Assembly (NCBI GenBank): GCA_030295235.1
Contig: AP026134.1
Coordinates: 868,001 to 932,000 of the forward strand
Direction of reading: 5' to 3'
Length of the DNA stretch: 64,000 nt
DNA from: Fistulifera solaris
Taxonomy: Eukaryota
Under the pieces are notes generated by a model. It was not told the DNA's origin. It saw only the letters and a list, made by a program, of their open reading frames with translations, and ran no database searches. Each line of letters opens with the position of its first letter. Position 1 is the stretch's first letter. Positions 61,167-64,000 of the stretch are shown here, piece by piece. A program made the translations under genes and the position numbers.

Positions 61167-62561
61167 CTATTCTTTGGTTTCTTCCATTGTTACATCTTCC
61201 CAGGATTCAATGACATCACGCATTTCCTCATCCTCACATCGTCGTAAATGAAGCACTTCTCTCAAAAAGTTACCACAGGCATGCGGCGGTACCTTGGTAC
61301 AGGAGCTGCACCAGTTGGTCTTGGTGCAGATTTGCTTCCCCGTATGTACCGACGGTAGCAAAAATCCGCAGCGCACACACGACTCTCCCGGTTCGGCGTC
61401 CCGGAACGGTCCAAACCGCTCACTGTTGCGACTGTTGCTGCTGCCCGAATCCAAGACACTCTGTGCAGCTAACACACCGACGGCTGCGGGCATATCCCAC
61501 AGTTTAGCTGTGTTACCCAACAGATAATCGGGGATAGTGCGGAGACGGTCCAATCGTATTTCTTTGCCAAAGTCATCGACACTTTGACAAATGCGCAAAC
61601 GGTGCTCGTCTTCTCGCTCGTACTGTCGTCGAATGTTATGAAATCGATTCTTGATACCATTATCGGTTCGTCCCGGAATGATTTTACTCATTTTTGCCCA
61701 GTGACTACCGATCTTTTCGTACAAATAGAATACAGTGGCGTCTTCGGGAATTCCCCAATCGGTCACTTTAAGACGCGGATTCAAGTGATTAACGTAGCGC
61801 TCTCGACATTGTTTTCCCGTGCGTTCGGGTAGACTTTGAGCGACAACTGTCCATTTCATTGGCCACTGCATCGAGTGAACAATGTTGAGAAGTAACTCAT
61901 CCTCTTGTTTCGACCATGCCTTGGGACCTGTCTTGCGCTTGTCCTTGCCATTGCTGTTATCCGTCTCACTTGGCGGTGCGGCCGGTCCACCGAAATATCC
62001 CATGTGAGGCGGATACGGGTACATCATTCCATACGGCGGATAACCGTAGGGATGCGGTGGATAAGGAGGATACTGACCCGGTGGCGGCATAGAAGGAGGA
62101 GGAGGAGGACCTACTTCGGGTGGCGGAGGAGCATTTCTTCTTGCGAGATCTGCCGCATCGGGCTTTTCCGTCGTATCCGGAGGCCCCGCTCCGCCAGAAG
62201 TAGTATTTGATTCTCCGATGCGTACCCATTCGTTGTCTCCGTCTTGATATTCGAGCAAGTGTTCTCCTGTACTAGCATCAAACTGACGCACAGTGCCAGT
62301 ATACCAACTCGAATCAATCGGCCAGAAGACGCGCACTTTCTTTCCAATCATGCAATTGTTGCAGAATCTAAGAGGATAGAATGTAAGATTATTTAATTGA
62401 TCGAAGGAGCATTCAAAGATGATTACAGCGATGTATCAAACGCACCTTAACTTGGTTGCCGTTGGCTTGCCGAGACCGTCAGGGTCATCACAAGCGAGCA
62501 GCGGTACTCCGGTTGCTCGACATTGCGCGCAACTTCCATCGTTATCTTCTATAGAGGGCAT
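61167..62561 (-). CDS. R2R3-MYB transcription factor with N-terminal Zn-knuckle and Tudor-like domain; intron 62368-62445
   Basis: WSKQEDELL, RTGKQCRERYVNHL, W...ED and GRTDNGIKNRF. IGKKVRVFWPIDSSWYTGTV...HLLEYQDGDNEWV Tudor-like domain. Spliced CAQC...FCNNC. Confidence 0.92.
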
Positions 62562-63034
62562 TTGCTTTGTGTCGTTATGAGACGAAGATGTGGTCGGAAG
62601 CGGGTTGAGAAAGAGTAATCGGCAATCGATCAAAGTATTTCAAATCAAACACACGAAAACGGACCGTTCAAATGGACGATGCTTTCCGTTGCAACAGCCA
62701 GCACATGCGGAGCCAACAAACCAACGGACCCAACGTCGCAACGCGGACGAAGTTGAGCGGTACTTGCTGTACGTCTTTCTGTACAACGAAGGACTGACGA
62801 GGTGCGCAACTCGGATTGTACACTATATGTAATATATTTCGCCTGCGACGTTCAACGTCTACTCAACCAACAACGTTAACTTTAGCCTTAATGTGTTTTG
62901 AAATTCCATTTCTCAAAAACGATGACGCGATGATCCTTCAATTATTTAAAAATAAATGCGACGAGAACGACACAGGTTGATGTGATCATCAAATACGTAG
63001 CAATCACCTACAATACGGAGGACAATAAAAAACA

Positions 63035-63868
63035 ATGGTCTGTGGTCGTAATTTTGTTCAGAAGCGGGCGGTTTTACTCTTTTTTCCACCGGTAATTCTT
63101 CATTGTCAGGCCTGGACCGCCGCCCATTCTCACCGCTCGTCTTCTTCATCTCACAAGAAGGAAGAATTGAAAAAAATATCCAACAAAATCACCATACTAG
63201 GATTCGGGTCGCTGTTATCAGAAAACAGTTCACGATTGACATTCCCCGACTTGCACAACTTTCGGCTCGTACGTGTGCCTCATTACCGTCGTGTTTTCGG
63301 ACACGTCGCGTCCATTTTCTTTCAAAGGAATATTGCTCGAAAAGAAACTCTGGAAATGGCCAGTCTTTCGGTCGAATATGTCGATCACGATTATCCCGGC
63401 TTTTTGGCCGCTGCTTTTGAAGTAGCGGCAGATGAACTCATGGCGGACGGGATTCCTTCACAAGCCTTTTTAGAACGAGAAGAAGAGTTTGATATTATTA
63501 CCGTGCCGTATTTCCCTGTTGATCCTGTTTCACAACAAGAAATTGCGGGAACATCCCAGGAAGGAGTTATTTGTCAGCGAGGGTCTGACGAACTTTATTT
63601 ACAACGATGGGGTGGACAACGATTTCAGGAATACTATGGACAATATGGTATTCAGACTATTTGGAACTGGACAGAAGGATTGCGACCATGCGCAGTCTAT
63701 TTGCGCCATTGCTATTTGGCGGCGGAGAAATTGGGTTGCTTGGACTCTTTCTTGGATGAAACATATCTAGTGGACCGAACAACGAAGTTACGCGATTACA
63801 TGGAAGAGAATCCACAAATATTAGAGGAACTCCCTCCGCCCGAACTTGCTAGTCGTTATAGCGGATAA
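63035..63868 (+). CDS. Gamma-glutamylcyclotransferase/ChaC-like fold protein
   Basis: ILGFGSLL, YRRVF, FLEREEEF and YLRHC. Confidence 0.7.
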   Translation: MVCGRNFVQKRAVLLFFPPVILHCQAWTAAHSHRSSSSSHKKEELKKISNKITILGFGSLLSENSSRLTFPDLHNFRLVRVPHYRRVFGHVASIFFQRNIARKETLEMASLSVEYVDHDYPGFLAAAFEVAADELMADGIPSQAFLEREEEFDIITVPYFPVDPVSQQEIAGTSQEGVICQRGSDELYLQRWGGQRFQEYYGQYGIQTIWNWTEGLRPCAVYLRHCYLAAEKLGCLDSFLDETYLVDRTTKLRDYMEENPQILEELPPPELASRYSG

Positions 63869-64000
63869 AAATCACGTTTGCTATCATTTGAAATAGAATA
63901 GAAGTTGCATCAAATGGACGTGCTTCAATCATACGCAGTGTGTAGTTATTTCTGTTATTTAAGTACGGCATTGCGAAGCAATTTGTGCTAGATCATCATT

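Overview
Gene-dense eukaryotic nuclear DNA, most likely from a diatom. The evidence is short GT-AG introns, bipartite signal + 'ASAF'-type plastid presequences and an FCP/LHC gene. About 35 protein-coding loci are visible. Recognisable ones include a BSD protein, PEX13-like, a USP deubiquitinase, eIF3d, an NPPY amino-methyltransferase, LHC/FCP, p24/TMED, cullin-3, PARN-like deadenylase, RNase Z, COX23/HAD, PDK, selenoprotein T with a SECIS, anoctamin, a RING E3, SKI2 helicase, an R2R3-MYB and a GGCT-fold protein. Many genes are broken by single-base indels in homopolymer runs, which points to an unpolished long-read assembly rather than mass pseudogenisation. The standout is 14058-17190. Once two such indels are repaired, it encodes an 8-TM microbial-rhodopsin domain (RWAEW in helix C, EVASK Schiff-base Lys in helix G) fused to PAS - His kinase - receiver - HPt. 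That is a complete putative light-sensing phosphorelay in one polypeptide, and it is followed immediately by a diverged free-standing copy of its HPt domain. Other notable items are an LHC with a histone-H1-like Lys/Ala/Pro N-terminal extension, a 217-bp hairpin-containing tandem repeat and a 34-bp palindromic minisatellite. All calls come from reading motifs by eye; no searches were run.
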